From NCBI GenBank assembly GCA_008632985.1, contig QPGO01000001.1, positions 776,404-840,403 of the forward strand: 64,000 nucleotides of DNA, written 5' to 3'. Positions 60,301 to 64,000 of this stretch are shown piece after piece. Positions within the stretch are counted from its first letter, which is position 1. Each line of letters begins with the position of its first letter. The DNA comes from Psammoneis japonica (Eukaryota). The notes beneath the pieces were generated by a model, which was not told where the DNA came from, ran no database searches, and was given only the letters and a program-made list of their open reading frames with translations. A program made the translations under genes and the position numbers.

Positions 60301-62436
60301 ATGGTGATGGATGCGAGGTGGACAAAGAGGTTGGGTGATGCATCAGGAGGTGTGTCACATCAACAGGTGTGACTGGGAGATTGGATGTGACATGGTAGAA
60401 AGTTGTGCCAAGATTGTCAGAGTCAGCAGTGATTTGAGCAGAGCATGACAGCAGGTGGAGGCGGAGAAAAAAAATCTGGGGCAGTGTTGGATGGAGCACG
60501 GAAGGGGGAGATGATCTTCATCGGATGCTTCAGGAGGAGCAGGAATGGGGCTCCAAGTGTCATGGGTGGATGATGGTGTCTGGTGACAGATGCAGGGCGG
60601 ACAAGGAGCTTGGATGATTGGGAGGCATGTTGCATGTCAGTGGGTGCAACCGGGGGAGATTGGATGTGACACGGCGGCAAGCTGCCTGTGCCGAGGAGAG
60701 ATTGTCAGAGTCAGCAGTGATTTGGGCTGTGTGACAGCAGGTGGAGCACCAGCGGCATGCAAACTCTGCCAGCAGCGAGGCCACCTCATCCCTGCAAACC
60801 CACCCTCCCGTTGCCTGTCTGTGACTCTAGACTGTGACACCGTGCTGCCGGCCATTGCCAGGGCATCGGTGCGGCCGGCCGCTTCACCCCATTGCGCCAT
60901 CTGTCATTCACACCGCACCACTGGGGCAGCTTCCGAAGAGGGGGCCATCATCAGTTGTGATGCAAGCAATCTAAGAGATGAGCACAACAACAATTCGCCA
61001 AAAGAAATTTCACGAACAAAGCAAAACAACACTCTTGTAGAAAGAATGGGAAGATGGCGCCGGTCTGTCCCCATGCAGACACTGAACGACCCCGACTCAA
61101 TCGATCCCCACCCTTCCAGACAGCATGCCAACTGACCATCCACCAACACTGCTGACATCGTGCCCAGAAGATGACAAAAACCTGCCACCACACTGAATGC
61201 GGCGCCACAATCAATTCAAATGTCGTGCGCACAACCCACGATTTGCGCACGTCAACTGCCCCTTGTTAGCATGGCTGCACCAACTGTGCAAGCTTGCTGC
61301 TTTTCGCACCGACCCCAGTGGCACTCTACATTGCATGCCAGAATTTTTAATTGTTTGGTCATTTGTGTGTCATTGCGACTTGACAAGCACCGATTTTTGG
61401 CACACGACGCCACCACGATGACACGTTCCGTCGAATGAGTTTGGGCCCACCCGGAACAGTCACCAAGCCATTTGGGTGCAGCTGTGTCAATGAGGTGCTT
61501 GCGGATCACATGTGTCTCATTGGCTTGGCAATTCTTTGTGGTTACAAACAAATGACGGCAAAGGATTCATGTGTTGTTTTGTCGTGCTTTGGCGTCAAGA
61601 GCCAGGTCAGTCGAGCCAATCCCAGTGGAAAACCCACGCGGGCCTGCTCTGAGCCACAAGCGCGTGCAATGAGCTTTCGCTGCATTGTCCTTCTACATGA
61701 TGACATCCTTGAGTGTCAAGAACTTCAATTTTTATGAACGCATAAAAAGAATGACACAACTTAAGGATGGATCGTCCAGATGAGGTCTGTTTGCACACGA
61801 GCTCGCATTTTTTTGGAAAAAACCCGGATTTCTTGTGCTGGATGCGCGGGCTCGCCAACAAAATATTTTCAGCGACAGGTCGAACTTTGTCCCTTCGAAA
61901 GACATCATAGAAGGTGTTGGCGATGGTTGTGACCATGCACGATCTTTGGCTTGATGACTGCAGACATGTCCACAGCCAGTCAAATGCCAATTGTCGGCAT
62001 TTCCTGGAAAGTCATGGCTTGTCTCCCACACCGGCAAGCAGTGCAATTTTGGCGAAAAACAGCGGTTCATCGAATGTGACAACTGCACCGAATCCGACAA
62101 TTGGCGTTTGAAGGTTTTGAAATGTGCAGTTCACATGTGGGTCCAACAGCCCTGATGGGGGCTGGACACACTCATGAGTGTTTGGGGGTGCTCAGAGGCA
62201 TCGCAAAATGACACGGGCAAAGTGCGGGGAAATTGCAAAATCACGAGCTGATTAAAAAAATGCCTCATCTAGACGATCCATCCTCAACGGGGACCCCCCG
62301 CAAGTCTGTACGTCCATCCACTTGAGCAACTTTTTCGAGTTGAACACAACCCTTCTCGTGTCAATCGCTGTGATAAAATCCATTTCAGTCTGTTGCACAC
62401 CAACCTTGTTGCAGCTGTTCTGCTGGCAATCCTTTT

Positions 62437-62935
62437 CAACAAATCGTTTGTTCTGCTCCTGTTGCTGACATTTGGTGAAAAGGATCACCAGCAGAAAGTG
62501 TTTTGCAACAACAACAATTGCATCTCAATGTCACCGTTGCCAATCAGCAGCGATGCCCCAAACGCCTCCACGCCCACCCAAATGGAAGAAAAAGCCGACG
62601 AAAAGAAGCACACAATCCCGGCAGATGATGCATGGTGATGGCATGGAAGAAAACCAGGGTTTCAGTGCCATGGGCAAGTCGCAAAATGTCAATGTTCTTT
62701 GTCGTGTTGCGCCAACGTCGTGCATCTCATGAACGTTCGTTTGGTCATTGCAACTGTCCTGCTGTCAATGCTTGCCAACAAATCGTTTGTTCTGCTCCTG
62801 TTGGTGAGGTTTGATCAAAAGGATCGACAGCAGAAGGTGTTTTTATGACAGCAATTGTTTGTCTCCATGTCGCCGACCCAGCGACACAACAAACGCCTCC
62901 ACCATCCACCAGCCCAGAGCCCACCCAAATGGAAG
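62437..62935. repeat. Diverged direct repeat, period ~340 nt
   Basis: CAACAAATCGTTTGTTCTGCTCCTGTTG, AAAAGGATC..CAGCAGAA.GTGTTTT, AAACGCCTCCAC and CCCACCCAAATGGAAG each occur twice. Confidence 0.8.
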
Positions 62936-64000
62936 GTCAAGCCAGAGGAAGAGGCGCAAGCAGGAGATGTGGAGTGCCCTTAGCTGTCCCTTTGTTGATG
63001 GAGAAGTTTTGAACATGAAAACAACCACAAACGGTGTCTTTTGTGTGTTGGCGGCATCAAACAAACATGCATTCAGTCGAGGTGCCGGAAACAAAAAAAG
63101 AATGCCAAACTGTCTCCTGTGGGACACTCACAATGCCCACCCATCAGTGAACGACAAGTGCAAGGGTTTGAAACATTGTCTGAGCTGGGACAACTGCAAC
63201 CAGTTGTGATGCTGTTTGTCAGTGTGCACAGTGCACTCGCCACAACTCTCGATTCTGGGTTTTGACTCTAGTGCAACTCTCGATTCTAGGTGCCTTCTAA
63301 CAGAAATGCTCAACAAAGCATTGCTTTAAAGTCTTAAAATGGCAATTGCTGCTCGAGCAACTCCCACACAACGAAATGGGGCTGCCCAACATGCCAGTCG
63401 CATTGCGTTTTCGCGGATTTCCCAATCCCGATCATCCGATCATGCTCTCTACAAACCATTGGGTTGGTGTCTTAGAATCTTGTGTCAACACCCATTGCTG
63501 CTAAAGACACTCCCCCAAATGCCCAACATGACATCCACGTTTCGGTTGTGTGTTTCAAGGATTGCCTGATTCCGACAGTTGCTGCTGGACTGCTGGAGCT
63601 CACATTTGCAAAATCATCCAACAGATCAATGTAGACCAATTTCTCACCGGAGCCCATGGTTCTGCCATGATTGCCAGTTGTAGATTCTGAATCACTGTGA
63701 GGCAGCACTTCTGAACTGCCAAAAGTGTCGGGAGCAGCAGCAGCATTTCCATCCTTGCAGCCGGCTTCAGACAGTCTTCCATGACGCCTGTGTCTTCCTT
63801 GTCTCTCACTTTGCTTGGCGCCCAATCCTCAGAAGAAAAACACCCTTTGGGCTCGCATGCTTCATGGCACCTGTGCTGGAGGTCTTCACCCGACCAAGTG
63901 ACAGTGCAGCAGTGTGACCCTCGGCACAGTTGTCTGCCGCACGCAAAGGGCGGCCGAATCTGAGGCGCCTCAGAAGGCAGATGAGATGTTGGACTCAACA

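Noticed and set aside
61600..62110. Possible ATPase-like remnant (VVTFDEP, Walker B-like) on the minus strand
   Set aside because: No Walker A or other supporting motif is visible; too degenerate to call without a profile search.
1..64000. Hundreds of short overlapping Cys/His/Gln-rich ORFs in the six-frame track
   Set aside because: Loss of TpA removes TAA/TAG stops and inflates TGY/CAN codons, so these ORFs are compositional artefacts and not genes.
1..64000. Alternative genetic code or tRNA/rRNA genes
   Set aside because: Intact genes read in the standard code with TAA/TAG/TGA stops, in-frame TGA is supported only at the SelL motif, and I saw no cloverleaf or rRNA signatures.

Overview
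Eukaryotic nuclear DNA, most likely from a raphid pennate diatom (inferred from short GT-AG introns, diatom-type membrane-anchored FG-GAP/VWD proteins and CoDi-like Copia remnants). The window is a mosaic. Islands of apparently active genes encode an FG-GAP beta-propeller protein, a secreted/TM protein, a VWD + 5-repeat protein, a UxxU selenoprotein, COX16, an RDD protein, an unknown two-exon protein, an F-box/Cys-rich protein and an ABHD hydrolase. They are separated by multi-kb blocks of transposon and gene remnants (ISL2EU-type DNA transposon, CRE-like non-LTR elements, Copia fragments, MITEs, a long-TIR element carrying an Exo1/XPG-like nuclease, a RecQ pseudogene). Two results stand out. 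(1) The repeat blocks have lost almost all TpA as well as most CpG. Paralog pairs inside the window show directional TpA->TpG/CpA (A->G) substitution, turning Tyr into Cys/His. The effect follows chromosomal position and fades next to active genes, so it looks like a RIP-like hypermutation acting on adenine. (2) The ORF track misses a selenoprotein L-like gene with two in-frame TGA codons (RHLA-U-LP-U-QDH) and a candidate SECIS. Several otherwise intact genes carry single-base indels, mostly in homopolymers, that look like long-read assembly errors.
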